Shown: piece by piece, positions 1 to 12,149 of the stretch
Layout: every line of letters starts with the position of its first letter
Numbering within the stretch: position 1 is the stretch's first letter
Assembly (NCBI GenBank): GCA_030324005.1
Contig: JARDVH010000110.1
Location: 56,637,807 to 56,701,806, forward strand
Direction: 5' to 3'
DNA from: Negaprion brevirostris
Lineage: Eukaryota
Length of the DNA: 64,000 nucleotides
Notes under the pieces: generated by a model
The model's input: the letters and a program-made list of their open reading frames with translations, nothing else
What the model was told of the DNA's origin: nothing
The model's database searches: none
Program-made: the position numbers and the translations under genes

Positions 1-460
1 GACACTCGCCCACTCACTTAGGCTATCTATATCCCTTTTCAGACTTTCAGCGTCCTCTGAAAATTTTTTTCTGCCAAACATCTTAGTGTCACCTGCGAAT
101 TTTGACACATTACACTTGGTCCCCAACTCCAAATCATCTATGCAAATCGTAAACAATTGCAATCCCAACACTGATCCCTGAGGCACACCACTAGTCACCG
201 ATTGCCAACCAGAAAAACATCCATTTACTCCCACTATTTGCTTTCTGTTAGTTAACCAATCCTCGATCCATGCTAATATATTATTTGTAACACTGTGCAC
301 CTTTATCTTATGTTGCAGTCTTTGGTGCAACACCTTGTCAAATGCCTTCTGGAAATCCAGATACACCACATCCACAGGTTCCCCATTATCCACTGCACAT
401 GTAAAGTTCTCAAAGAATTCCACAAGATTAGTCAAACATGGCCTTCCCTTCCCTTCCCTT
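1..460 (-). mobile_element. CR1 LINE fragment (reverse transcriptase region), degenerate
   Basis: Minus strand reads VTSGVPQGSVLGLQLFTICIDDLELGTKCNVSKFAGDT, the CR1 RT motifs PQGSVLG and FADD (degenerate). Confidence 0.9.
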
Positions 461-499
461 ATGGTTTCAGGATGAGCGCAACCATAAAATCCTGCTCTG

Positions 500-635
500 T
501 GTAATCCCCACATTATGGGGATTGCAGCATTTCAAGAAGGCAGCTCACCATCACCTTTTCGAGGGCAACTAGGGATGGGCAATAAATGCTGGCCAGCCAG
601 CAAAGCCCATGTCCCATGCATGAATGAAAAAAAAA
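500..635 (+). mobile_element. 3' tail of a second CR1-group LINE family (LINE-F2)
   Basis: ttcaagaaggcagctcaccatcacc...gggatgggcaataaatgctggcc...atgaatgaaaaaaaa matches the 3' end of the element at 35636-36490. Confidence 0.75.
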
Positions 636-1179
636 GTTCCTGGTGGCAGAATCCTTGTCCCTAAGACAGCAGGAATGCCGTAAGATGGCTAAGTGCCTGA
701 TTGGGAATTAATCCCACTGAAGCTTCCAGAAATGCCTTTGGTGAGGTTGCCATTGGCTCTGTAGTTGGTGGATAGGGGCACCGCTCTGATCATGAGATTC
801 AAGTATAACTGTGTGTTGGTGAAGCAATAATATTTCTTTTAAAACTGATCTATGCATCAAGTTTCATGCTGTTTTCACAAGTTTAGAATCAAATGAATGT
901 AAGTGTAAGAATAGCAAGTAAGAGAGGGCAAACTAAGTAAACAGTCGCATTTCATATAATTGAATCTCTAGAATTACAGTTTGTTGTAAGTGAGTAACAA
1001 GACTGCAATTTATTCAATAAAAGGGAAACTACGCTGATGATAGTTATAAGCCATCATCCTGACTGAAGATGATAAAAGAGTATTTTGATAGCATGATTGC
1101 TGAATGATAATATCCACTGATACACAGGGGAATGTAATAAAGTGATAATAGATATTTGAAATGAGGTAATATTATGACA

Positions 1180-1345
1180 GAAAATGCTGGAAATATGCAG
1201 CAGATTTGGCAGCGTCTGTGGAGAGAGAAATAGAGCTAACATTTCATGTGCATGAAGTTTCAACAGAACCTGGAAAAGTTAGAGATGTAACAGGTTCTAA
1301 GCAAGTATGAAGGTAGAGAAAAGGCGAATAGAAGGCAAAACAGAG
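1180..1345 (-). mobile_element. Penelope-like element terminal-repeat remnant with decayed hammerhead
   Basis: Minus strand: ctgttgaaacttcatgcacatgaaatgttagctctatttctctctccacagacgctgcc...tttccagcatttt; the same motif recurs at 43025 and 57858. Confidence 0.65.
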
Positions 1346-1649
1346 GCCTGACTTGAGTTAGGGAAAGAATAGTATATAATGTTACAGTTTTTGGAAGGTA
1401 GAAGATATCCTTGAGAAAAATACAGATTTAAAATAATGTGACTCCTCACTATCCATTGCCTTCAGATCAACAATATTAGTGATCACCATGCCAGCTTATG
1501 AACCCAACTGTCACTTAGGACAGCAGTATTCCCAGCTAAAACCATAAGGAACATAGAGAAAATGGTCAGGGAAAATACCACTTCCAGACTATCCTCAAAC
1601 TTCATATACAGAATACCAAGTTTGCTCAAATATATTGCCAATCTTTCTC

Positions 1650-1680
1650 AATTCTGATGAAAGGTCATCAACCTGAAATA
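1650..1680 (+). ncRNA. Hammerhead ribozyme core remnant (Penelope-associated), 3' side truncated
   Basis: CTGATGA(1654-1660)-A-AGGT-catca-ACCT-GAAA(1675-1678): both conserved boxes flank a 4-bp stem II. Stem III and the cleavage triplet are missing. Confidence 0.65.
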
Positions 1681-1682
1681 CT

Positions 1683-2980
1683 GGGCTGGATTTTTGTGGA
1701 ATTGGGGAGAATCTGTGGACCTTTTAAAAATAGCAGTTGGAACCAGATCCTGGGATTCTCAATCCCATTGTTGGAGTTTTGAATTTTTAACAGTGCCTTT
1801 TGAGGATGCAACTTGGTTTGGGTATACTCCCAATGTTGCTGGCTCCATTGCAGGGTAGGCATGTCTTAGTCCTCTGCAATTTTCATGAAGTCGTGCCAGA
1901 TTTTCAAAAACCCATGGTTCACGCACCTCAAGAGATGTGAGCCACAGTCTGCAGAAGGGAAACATTTGAAAGATAAGTTCAAAAGCTCTTCCACATGCCT
2001 CCCCTCATGCCATGGCATATGTTGTCCAATGATCCCCTATGGACACTCATGGCCCCATGGCAAATTATGCCTCCATCTATTCTCTATGATTCATCATGCA
2101 CTATGTCAAGATGTGTCCCCACCCAGCCACTATGGCATCTCATATCCACACGTGACATTATTCTACCCACTCACCCCCAAGGCCCCTCATACATTTCATA
2201 CTTTGTGTGTCACTTCCTTGGCCATTCACTGCACAAAATCAATGGCCCCCACATTGACAATAGGATGTTAAAAAGCCTTAAAATAAAAGCAACCATTCAT
2301 TAATATCTCTCTTTCTTCATAAAGGAAAATTCATTTTTTATTCCTGCCAATAAAATTGTCAATAATGCAATTGACAGCATTGACCAAAGGCCAGAGCTGT
2401 CAATCAAGTAATGTTTTCCCTAGGGTTCAGGTGTTTTAGTACTCAAATGGTTTTCTGAGTTCACATGGAAACTTTACTATGAATTCTTGGCCGAGAGCTT
2501 AGATGCCCATTAGTACTGATTCACCTGGGCCCAAGGAAAAACATTGCTTTATTGGCGGCTCTGGCTCTTTGATGTATGCTGACAATTTCACAATGTTTAT
2601 TTACACAAGGTAAAAAGAGTTCAAGTGTTTGCCATTTATGCTATTGTTACTTTAAGTGGTCTAAATGATTTATATTTTCGATGGTTGAAGTGAAACAAAG
2701 GTTATCTTTTAACAAAGTTGGAAGTTATCAATTAATGTATTTTAAAGTTTTTTTTAACATGTCCTGTGCTAACTGTAGTATTCATTGGTTCTAAGAGGGT
2801 GAATGGGCATGTAAGTGCCATAGCTTGTTGTGAGGAGCCAAGTGGGGGCATACATTGGCATGGAGACTATTATATCTCAACCAACAGGAACCACAAAGAA
2901 GAAGAGTAATGAGGTGTCACACTACAAGATGCAGGTTTATTAAGGTGTTACTTATTTCAGGTCTAAGCTGGAAAAGCCCA
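1683..2980. mobile_element. Probable non-autonomous PIF/Harbinger-type DNA transposon, old
   Basis: Starts with gggctggatttt, like the other MITE termini in this window. The interior is non-coding and the right end is poorly defined. Confidence 0.35.
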
Positions 2981-3006
2981 CAAATCCCTCTGCTTATATC
3001 ACTACA

Positions 3007-3411
3007 TACTTATCCTGCTAATCCCCTGACACTACGGTCAGTTTAGCATGGCCAATCAACCTGACCCACACATCTTTGGACTGTGGGAGGAAACCAGAGC
3101 ACCCGGAGGAAACCTGTGCAAACACAGGGAGANNNNNNNNNNNNNNNNNNNNNNNNNNNNNNNNNNNNNNNNNNNNNNNNNNNNNNNNNNNNNNNNNNNN
3201 NNNNNNNNNNNNNNNNNNNNNNNNNNNNNNNNTCAACCTGACCCACACATCTTTGGACTGTGGGAGGAAACCAGAGCACCCGGAGGAAACCTGTGCAAAC
3301 ACAGGGAGAATGTGTAAACTCCACATAGACAGTGACCGGAGGCCAGAATTGAACGTAGGTCCCTGGCACTGTGAGGCAGCATTGCTAACCACAGTGCCAC
3401 TGTGCCACCCA
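3007..3411 (-). mobile_element. HE1/V-SINE-like tRNA-derived SINE (spans a gap)
   Basis: Minus strand has the A-box tggcacagtggttagc, B-box acgttcaattc and body gggtgctctggtttcctcccacagtccaaagatgtg. Confidence 0.9.
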
Positions 3412-4174
3412 AGCATCTATACTTGAATCAAAACATGTTTTATTTTGTTTCAGTTAGACTGTTGATACTTCGATATAATTAGCTGGAGGGTTGGTACATC
3501 TGTTCACTCAAACTACCCAAAGATGTTGTGAGAGTCAGCGAGAAAGTGAAATATTTTTAAACATCTACTTATGTTCTTGGATTTGGAACACTTGTTTTGT
3601 TCTTTCTTTATTAATTCTGCCAACTATTAATGATTTTTTTTCATTCACGAACCATTTTCTCCCAATTTACCTCCTCCTGCTTCAGGACTCCTTCCACTTT
3701 AGTGTTGCATCTGTTCAGAAAAGGGAATTTACGTGGTTCCGGGCAGAGGTTGAGGACTCAATTTCTTGGCAGGCCCTGGGAGTGCATCAGGGTGACAGGC
3801 TGCACATGTTCCATTCTCCTTTTGTTTCATTTAGTTAAAGGACTCAGCAATCTGGGATGTCGGCCGTGGTTCCACACAGAACAAATAAAAACAATCATGA
3901 AACCCAGTTTGGCACGATAACAAGAAGAGTCCCGAGATTGAGAGAGAAAGAGAGCCCAGGGTAATGTCCCCGATAGAAAGGAGCCGGGGGGAAAGGAGCC
4001 AATAGGAAGAACTACTGGTAGGAACAACCGGCAAAGGAAGAGCCAAATATGCTGCTCTTGACAGCCTCCAGGGCTGAAAAGGCAACAGAAGATCAGTGAC
4101 TCCATCCTGTAGACCAATGAGGCAAAGATAGCCCTTTGGAGCAGAGGTGTTTTGCTCAGCCAGCCTAAAGGGCA

Positions 4175-4430
4175 GGAGTCTAGTGGTAGGGGATGGGGAA
4201 ATGGCTGAGGTCTTAAATAACTTTTTTGTTTCGGTCTTCACGGAGGAGGACGTGAANNNNNNNNNNNNNNNNNNNNNNNNNNNNNNNNNNNNNNNNNNNN
4301 NNNNNNNNNNNNNNNNNNNNNNNNNNNNNNNNNNNNNNNNNNNNNNNNNNNNNNNNATCTTATTGAATGGCGGGGCAGGCTCGAAGGGCTGGATGGCCTA
4401 CTCCTGCTCCTATTTCTTATGTTCTTATGA
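4175..4430 (+). mobile_element. CR1 LINE (interior lost in gap)
   Basis: GDGEMAEVLNNFFVSVFTEED before the gap; the CR1 3' UTR hairpin and (ttcttatg)n tail follow it. Confidence 0.85.
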
Positions 4431-4516
4431 GTTGTCGCTGTGAGTCGATGTTGGCATTTAGCCTCAGCGATTCAGGGGAACATAGTCTCAGGAGAAGAGA
4501 TTAAAGCATCAGAAGG

Positions 4517-4566
4517 TGAACAAAGAACAATACAGCACAGGAAACAGGCCCTTCGGCCCTCCAAGA
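4517..4566 (-). mobile_element. CR1 3' tail stub
   Basis: gaacaaagaacaatacagcacaggaaacaggcccttcggccctccaag is the reverse complement of the CR1 terminal hairpin and tail. Confidence 0.75.
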
Positions 4567-5412
4567 ATGATGATCAGTCTTTGAGGCAGTTCAAGTTGGA
4601 GCGATGTTTAGAGGGAATTCAGGGGTTGAGTCTTTGAAAGTGAAGACTTGAAACCTCTCGTGAAGGAGTCAGAGATTCAACAAGTGGGTTGCTGAGAAAT
4701 CTGGGGGCGCGGTCTCCTTGGTCGTATCTGCCGTGTAGCACCCAGTATAGTATGTTCATCCACAGCTTTCTCATTACTTCCCATGTACCTCATGCTAATT
4801 CTGAATGTTAGAGCATAAGATAAATATTCTCAATAGTTTCATACTTCTGGCTTTGTATAGCAAATTGTTTTGTTTATTTAAATCAATGCAAGATTATGGC
4901 TTCATTCTCTTAGTTCATACCTTGAATTCCAAATTTTGTCTTGTTAAAGGAATAAGTTACTGGTGATCCCTACCTGGCTTGTAATAAAAAATTGGGGACT
5001 CTTGGTAGAATTTTGAATGCAGGGACAAAAGAATGCTGGGTCCTCCAGAGGTTCAGGCTGATAAGATTTTCACAGTGAATTATATTTATTGAAAATCAGA
5101 ATAGTTTTTTTATGACTTTTCTGGAGAGGGAAGATTTATCCCTGAATGGTTTGGAACAATTAACCAACATTAGGTACATGTATTAGGTTTGTCACATTAA
5201 CAGGAGGGCTGAAGTTAGATTTAAAAGTCGAGGCTAAAAATACAGGCATAGTCGAGCTCACTGCATAGCATTCGGTATTAGAAGAAGAAAAGCCAGTCAA
5301 ACGTATAACATCACTTGAGTTGGCTACAATTCAGTGGCAGATAAAGCTGCTTGGGATAGAAAAATAAATGAAGAAGCTTGCAACAGAAAGAGATAAGGAA
5401 AAGTAAAAAGTT

Positions 5413-5549
5413 GGGCCGGAATTCTGTGTTCATTCACATCCTGCTGCCATCTCCAGTGAGAATAGAGAATTTGGCGCTATGCCAAAGCTCCATTTACTGC
5501 AGCAGGACAGAAGACTCCCAGCCATGAGTGAGGTTGGAGAATCCAACCC
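5413..5549. mobile_element. MITE (Harbinger-type termini)
   Basis: Imperfect TIRs gggccggaattct / agaatccaaccc, ~137 bp, interrupting the gag-like sequence; similar to 63183-63318. Confidence 0.7.
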
Positions 5550-5637
5550 TTGAACTTGAAAAAGATAAAGAAATGGAAAAAAAACTTGAACTTGAAAAAG
5601 GAGAATGCAAATATTTGAGCTTCAGAGAGAAGATGAG

Positions 5638-6526
5638 AGTGTACAAGGCATAAGCTGTAAGTTCGCAGATGGCACTAAAATAGGTGGTATTGTAGACAAT
5701 GAGGAAGGTTATCAAAAATTGATGCACAATCTTGATCAGCTGGGGAAATGGCAAATGGAGTTCAATACAGATAAGCATGAGGTGTTGCATTTTGGAAAGT
5801 CAAGGTAGGACTTTCACGGTGAATGATAGGAGAGTATCGTGGAACAGAGGGCCTTTGGAATTCAGGTGCATGGTTTTCTAAAGGTGGAGTCACAGGTAAA
5901 TAGAGCAGTGAAGAAGGCTTCACTAGTCAGGACACTGAGTATAGAACTTATGTTGCAGTTGTGCAGGACATTAGTGAAACCGCACCTGGAGTATTGTGTT
6001 CAGTTTGGTCACCTTGCTAAGGGAAAGATATCATTAAACTGGAGAGAGTGCAGAAGATATTTACAAGGGTGTTGCCAGGACTCAAGGGACTGAGTTATAG
6101 GGAGAGACAGGACAGGCTAGGACTACTTTCTTTGGAGCACAGGAGACTGAGGGGTGATCTTATAGAGGTATATAAAATCATGAGAGGCATGCATAGGGTG
6201 AATGTACTCAGCCTTTTCCCCAGAGTTGAGGAATCAAGAACTAGAGGGCATAGGTTTAAGTTAAGAGGGGAAAGAATTAATGTGAACCCGAGGAGCAACT
6301 TTTCTACGTAGAGGCTGGTACTTAAGTGGAGTGAGGAGGAAGTGGTTGAGGCATGATCATTGACTACATTTAAAAGACATTTGGACAGATACATGGGTAA
6401 GAAAGGTTTAGGGAGATATGGGCCAACTGCAGTTAAATAAGGTTAGCTTAGATGCACATTTTTGCCAGCATGGACCAATTTGGGCTGAAGAGCCTGTGAC
6501 CGTGCAGAATATTCTATGATTCTATG
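5638..6526 (+). mobile_element. CR1 (HER1-like) LINE, 5'-truncated, ORF2 C-terminus plus 3' UTR
   Basis: KFADGTKIGG...WQMEFNTDKHEVLHFG, LVKPHLEYCVQF and RRLRGDLIEVYKIMRG, ending in (attctatg)2. Confidence 0.95.
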
Positions 6527-6559
6527 CTCAGAAATAAATTGAACAGTGCGAACTGGTTT

Positions 6560-7212
6560 AAAAAAAAAGCTTAGGTTTAAGTGCGGCTGTCCCAATCAAA
6601 AGAAATGATTGGAGGGAATAAAAGTGACACAAAGAAACTAACAGATCTTCATTACCATACAACAGGGCATATAAAAGCAAATTGTTAGAAGTGGAACAGT
6701 ATGCCAATGGCAGTGATAGGGATGCTTAAGGAATCTTTGGAAAAGACAGCCGAATCCTCTGCCCTCTCCCACAGCTGAGATTCTGAGCCTTCATTTCTGG
6801 CTGGGGTTTTATTTGAAGATAGATGTCTGCAAGCTGCTCCGAAACTCAAAGTCTCTCTCTGAAAGCTTCAAGACTGACTACACCCCTTCAGTAAGTATAT
6901 GCATAGTTGCTACCTGCATTTTAACATGGAATTTTAAGTCAGTAAGATAATGTTGTTTATTTGGAACTGAAAGAGTGATTGTTTCCTTTCTTTTTTTTAA
7001 CTGTTATTCAACTGTTAAGACTTAACTGGTTCATTTTGTTAGAATTATACTTAATGTGTGTTATTAAATAAAGTTCGTTTTTACTCCAAAAGATTCATGA
7101 TTTCTCAGTGGAATTACTCCTGGAATGAAGTTATGCCAAAATAGAATAAAATATGTTGGGGTCTACTCTGGCTTCCTAATGTAATTTAGAATTCTGGTCC
7201 AGGGCCCTAACA
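6560..7212 (+). mobile_element. Probable LTR (solo or nested)
   Basis: AATAAA near 7067 is followed by a U5-like stretch ending in ctaaca; the 5' boundary is uncertain. Confidence 0.35.
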
Positions 7213-7271
7213 GTGTGTGTGTGATGATGTTGGCCAAACAAGGGCGCAGTATTCTGCTACTGAGAATACTC

Positions 7272-7525
7272 AGGCCCTATCCCTGTTTAGTTACACTGCT
7301 ATTCCTTCTAATCTATCACATTCTGGGACACTAAGGGTTAATTTAACATGTCCAATCAACCTAACCTGCACATCTTTGGAGGAAACCAGATCATCCAGAG
7401 GAAACCCACACAAACACAGGGAGAACGTGCAGACTCCTCACAACAGTGACCCAAGCCGGGAACCAAACCCAGGTCCCTGGAGCTGTGAGGCAGCAGTGCT
7501 AACCCCTGTGCCACCATACTGCCCC
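7272..7525 (-). mobile_element. HE1-like SINE (CR1-type tail)
   Basis: Same head and body as the other copies (ctgtgaggcagcagtgctaac...gtgccacc on the plus strand). Confidence 0.9.
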
Positions 7526-7544
7526 TTCTGGTCTGATCTTCTGG

Positions 7545-7715
7545 TCATGTTGACAATGTACTCCTGCCATAGGTTTCCCTGCCATGTGGGGTGCAGTCGA
7601 TGGGAAATCCCATTGATAATGGTGAGTCAAGAAGATCCCATTGCCAGTGAATTGCGTGCTACCTCCCATTGTGAGAAACATGCCAGGTGAGGCCAGAGAG
7701 GCTCCCCCCCCCCCC
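7545..7715. mobile_element. MITE remnant
   Basis: gtcgatgggaaatcccattgat internal palindrome, also seen at 24475 and 62035. Confidence 0.5.
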
Positions 7716-7719
7716 TCTC

Positions 7720-7877
7720 CCAATTGTAAATTATTTTACTTTTCTGACTTTGACTAGTAAGCTTGCTTGTTTAAATACCATGCAACCTTACGGCTTTATT
7801 CTCTCAGTAAGTACGTGGAATGTCAAACTTTGCCTGCTTTAAACAAAATGTTACTGGTCCCCAACCTGATGGTAACA
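7720..7877 (+). mobile_element. LTR 3' end homologous to 4850-4986
   Basis: ggctttattctctcagt...gttactggtccccaacctgatggtaaca; ends in TAACA. Confidence 0.45.
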
Positions 7878-8789
7878 TATCTCAAAGATGTGTCTACACT
7901 CCTATTCTAGGTTTCTGCCAGAGTCAGTCTGTAAGTTCACCATTTGAAAGGTAATGAGAAGAGACAAGAATGAATTAATCATTTTCCCCATTAAATTTGA
8001 GATTTTCCTTTAAACTCTCCTCGTATTCTCAAGTGAGACACTGATTCTTAACCTTGGCAAAATCTCTTTGAACACTCAGTCTTAGCTACAAAATCTGAAT
8101 AAGAATGCAAACAGTTGGCCTGTTAGTGAATCATCAGTTCATTGATAATGCAAAACTGCTAGGAATTGACAAGGCCACTCACTGACTTTAAATTCTTACC
8201 TCCAAGCTAAAAAAACATACAAACAGGGGGAGAGTTTTTGTCAGATTGTGTGACTCACCCAGCCTTAAATATTGAGGTGCCTCAAGTTCAAGTTACATTC
8301 AGTGCAAATTGCGTTTCCACAATCTTAGACTTCCTGAAAGCCACTCCTGCCCCCAAAACTGAACTTGCCTCCAAAATGAATTAATAAGTATAGCTAGATT
8401 GCAACCTTCTGAATGAGCCTTTTCAAATTTAAATTCTTTTACTTGAGCGCAAAGACAGCTCTTTCAAAAATTACATATATTAAAAAGTACTTAAATTCAT
8501 AACTTAATTAGCAACTTGACTGGTGCATATCGACTGCACTAATAAAGAGTTCTGTATTTTTTTAAAGTGATTTTCAGTTATTTAAGATCAGATTAGTTGC
8601 TGACGATGGAATCAAAACTGATTAAAAATGCTTATTTTATGTGGATTAACCTAATTTTAACTATATTAATAAAAATGCAAAGGAGGAAAGATTTTTTTTA
8701 AAAACTACATTCTATTCTGCTTCTCAATTGCACTGGTTCATAGAAGATTTTACCTTTGTGATTAGGAAAATGAGTTTGAACCATAACTT

Positions 8790-9172
8790 CACTTCCTTAG
8801 AGATTAGAAGAATGAGAGGTGATTATAAAATTTTGAAGGGACATGATGGACACGAGGAGGACATTTCTTCTGACTAAAGATTCCAGAGCTAAGAGTTCCC
8901 ATCTCAGAATAATAAGTTAACTAGGTAAGATGTAGAAGAGAAGGGATTTCTACATTCAAACGGGGAGGACCTTTGGAATTTTGTTCCCCAGAAGGATGCA
9001 GATATGTTGAGTAAATTCAACACCGAGATTGTTAGATCTTTGGGGACTGAGGGAATCAAAGGATATGATAGGTAGAAAACTGCAGCTGAGGTAGGCGATT
9101 AGATTTGGTTTTACTGAATGGTTCCGCAGGCTTGAAGGGAAGAATGGCCGACGCTGACTCTTACTTATGATG
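8790..9172 (+). mobile_element. Old CR1 3' fragment
   Basis: ttccttagagattagaagaatgagaggtgat...gggaatcaaaggatatg...aggcttgaagggaagaatggccgac. Confidence 0.8.
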
Positions 9173-9446
9173 CTTTTTTTTAAAATTTAAGAACTATGGC
9201 CAGTTAATTGATTGCCCCCAAAGCGGAGACTGTCCAACCTGAAGTTCATTTAATCATTTTGAGTGCATTGTATCACATCAAAACATTTGATTTTTCTATA
9301 TAATCAAAAATATTTCAAAGTGCTTCACATACAATGAATGCTGCTCTCATGCCACAAAATTCCGTGGCTATCCTGTGCACAGCAAGATCCCATGATCAAC
9401 CAATCCCATACGAGATGAATGGGTCCCGTCCGTTTGGCCTTTTTGT

Positions 9447-9770
9447 CAGAATAGAACCCCAACAATGCAGAAAAAGGCCATTTGGCCCATTGAGTCTGTA
9501 TCAACACCAATCCTATCTAGGCCCTATCCCTATAAACCCACATATTTACCCTGCTAATCCCCTTGACACTAAGGAAAAATTTAGCATGGCCGATCCACCT
9601 AACCTGCAGGTGTTTGGACTGTGGGAGCAAACCAGAGCACTCAAGGAAATCCATGCAGACATGGCAAGAGTATGCAAACTCCACACAGACAATGACCCAA
9701 GGCTGGAATTGAACCTGGATCTCTGGCGCTATGAGGCAGCAGTGCTAATAACTGTGCCACTGTGACGTCC
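9447..9770 (-). mobile_element. HE1-like SINE, near full length, CR1-type tail
   Basis: The head, body and CR1-like terminal hairpin (ggccatttggcccattgagtctg) are all present. Confidence 0.9.
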
Positions 9771-9932
9771 ACAAGATAGAATTATTGGCCCAGAACCGGG
9801 ATGTTTTTTTCTTTAATATATATTTATTGCTGGGATGCAAGTGCCCTACTGCACATCCCTAATAGTCCTCAACCAAACTCTTGCTCTTTGGTTAGTATGA
9901 TGTCTACTGGAGCTGATAGCAAAAATTCTCAG

Positions 9933-10070
9933 TTTTACACCTCATCCAAATGATAGCATCTCAATGATGCAACACTCCTCAGGGAAGCACTGAAGTGTGT
10001 TTCAATGAGAGAGGGGAGCTTGAACATGCAACTCTCTGGCTCTGAACTTAAAATGTTATCAACTGAGCTA
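9933..10070 (-). mobile_element. Deu-domain SINE (SacSINE1/AmnSINE1-like) 5' part
   Basis: Minus strand: tagctcagttgataaca...gttcaagctccc...ctgaggagtgttgcatcattgagatgctatcatttggatgaggtgtaaa, resembling the Deu-domain start ctgagggagtgctgcactgtcggaggtgccgtctttcggatgagacgttaaa. Confidence 0.65.
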
Positions 10071-10615
10071 AAACGATAGATGGATGAAGATAGAGATTTT
10101 ATGATGAAACTGTCACAGTGGAACAGCCACCTAGACGACTTCCCCTGCTTCAGTGGACATTGGCACAAGAAGCCCACATATACTGTTCTAATCGACACAC
10201 GAATGCTAGACATCTAGCTTTGCGATATACCACAGGCGAATTCAGCAATGGCAGTCAGCAATGAGGACTAAAATAGTGTACTATGTCCAGACTTTCAAAT
10301 AATACAACATCCACTTGGAATTTATTCTCATTGTTTGGTCAAAATAACCTCGAAGATCTCACTGAAATGTTTCTGAGTCATTAATCGCATAGCAATTACT
10401 TTGTGTCCCAGAACCAAAGGCCCAGATGTGTTCAGAAGGTGTGCATCTGCAAACACAGATATTACACTTTATTACTGATGCTAATAATTTTAAATTGCTG
10501 TTTGTTTTTTTTTCAGCTGAAGCCTGGAACTGACTCACACATCCTAATTTGCAATATCTTTTGATCAAACAAGAATTAAACACTGATTTGTTTGATGATA
10601 GTTTACTGTGGACTT

Positions 10616-10795
10616 AGGGTGAAGTGCTGGAGGGTAGGGGGAGGGTGATGGTAGTTGCATAGAGTGTGGTGTTGCTGTTGCATGGGGTGGGGGGAGCTTG
10701 TGTGGGGGGGGTTGCGGGGGGGGGGGGTTGGGGTTGCATGGTGTAGGTTTGTGTGTGTGTGTGTGTGTGTGTTGCTGGGGGGGGGCGGGAGGTTG
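10616..10795 (+). repeat. G-rich low-complexity tract with (GT)n microsatellite
   Basis: Multiple G-runs of 3-12 nt, a recurring gttgcat, and (gt)n at ~10750-10772. Confidence 0.85.
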
Positions 10796-11774
10796 TTCTG
10801 TTTTTACTTTTTTGAATCATGGTGGTCTAGAAAATAGGTGCCTTCAAATTTTTAAAATCAAAAGTTGCTGGTGAGATGGACTCCATCAAAGCACAACATT
10901 GTGGAACCCCTTAGATTTCTTTTCAGATTTCCTCATGATACATGCATGGCACTTTTCCTGCCCAATGCAGCATTTTGCATTAAAAATGGAAAATTCCACC
11001 ATAGCTTTTGCAGAGTCCTGCAATCTCGATTTTTTGCAATTTTGGATATTTTTCATTTTGTTTCTGCGTTGCTCTTAATTTAAAGCCTTATTGAATAATG
11101 AAAGTTACTTTGTAGACCTTGATTTAAAACTAAGTATGATTGCACTTTGATTAAGCCAAATAATCAATCAATAGTAATCAGAAGCGATATTGATAACTAT
11201 TTTCTCAGAACCTTGTTGTTCCTACTGGCCTTTCCCAGCTGGTGTTTGGTTTACAACTTTGACTGTACCTACACTACTAAAATAAAAGTTGTCTTTTGTT
11301 TATCAGAGGTGCTTTTCCTTATTGCAATAAATGACCTTTGAACTGGAAGCCAGACAATGAAGAGTCTTGCACTTGGGATAGTCAACTATGGTGTGGAATC
11401 AGGAGATGGGGTTTGATTGATGGACTTACCTGATAAATGGTATGAGGGAGACAATATCAGATGATGCGTAAATTTGATTATGGCAAAGCCTATGAATCCT
11501 TGCATTGATAAGGATTCATGTTTTTTGGACTATTTTTTCAAAATGTCCCAATAGGCTTGAATGGAGCCAGAAGTTTGGCTTCAGAAACTGCTTCCAGAAT
11601 TCGTTGCTGTAGTTGGAGTGCCACTTGAGACTACAGGATGACGGCTGTGAATAGAATGACTGATTGAAGCACCCACCCATGTCAGTTTATTCATAGACTT
11701 AGTGACATATGAACTGAGGAATAATTTACCACCCTGGGGAGCTGTGCTAAACAGACCAATTTGGGGTCAACACA

Positions 11775-11986
11775 TAACGAGATTCTCTGGCCTCCCCTCA
11801 TTCTTTTTCTCAGCAATGGGAGGCAACATGCCATTCGCTGGCTGAGGGACCTTCTCATCCTGCCACCGACAATGAGAATTCTCATTGAAGTCTCTCTGTG
11901 CCACTGAAAAACCTGTGGCAGAGAAGTGCAGCGCTGATGGAACCAGAGAATTCCACCAGCCTGAACACCTGGAGAATTCCTGCCAT
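11775..11986. mobile_element. MITE (Harbinger-type termini)
   Basis: Imperfect TIRs acgagattctctgg / ctggagaattcctgcc. Confidence 0.55.
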
Positions 11987-12149
11987 AATAATAGTTGTAT
12001 GTATCTGTAATATAGTGTGTCTAGTATTGTAAAGTTGTTTCTCTTCCTTTCTTCATATATAAAAATATATGAAGTGTTTTTTCCTCCTATCCTTTTAATG
12101 AAATTATCTATCTTTCATTTCTTTAAATCGTTAATTATTGTTCCATTTT

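Larger units (their letters stand above)
4430..5630 (+). mobile_element. Degenerate Gypsy-like LTR retrotransposon 5' end: LTR, tRNA-Pro-like PBS, gag N-terminus
   Basis: LTR-like segment ends in tgtaata (~4986) and is followed by tggggactcttggtagaat, resembling PBS-Pro TGGGGGCTCGTCCGGGAT. A stop-ridden E/K-rich gag-like frame follows. 4850-4986 resembles 7745-7877 and 36650-36750. Confidence 0.5.

Noticed and set aside
3053-3310. Apparent tandem duplication of ~80 bp of SINE on both sides of an N-run
   Set aside because: Identical sequence flanking a 100-N placeholder is an unmerged contig overlap.
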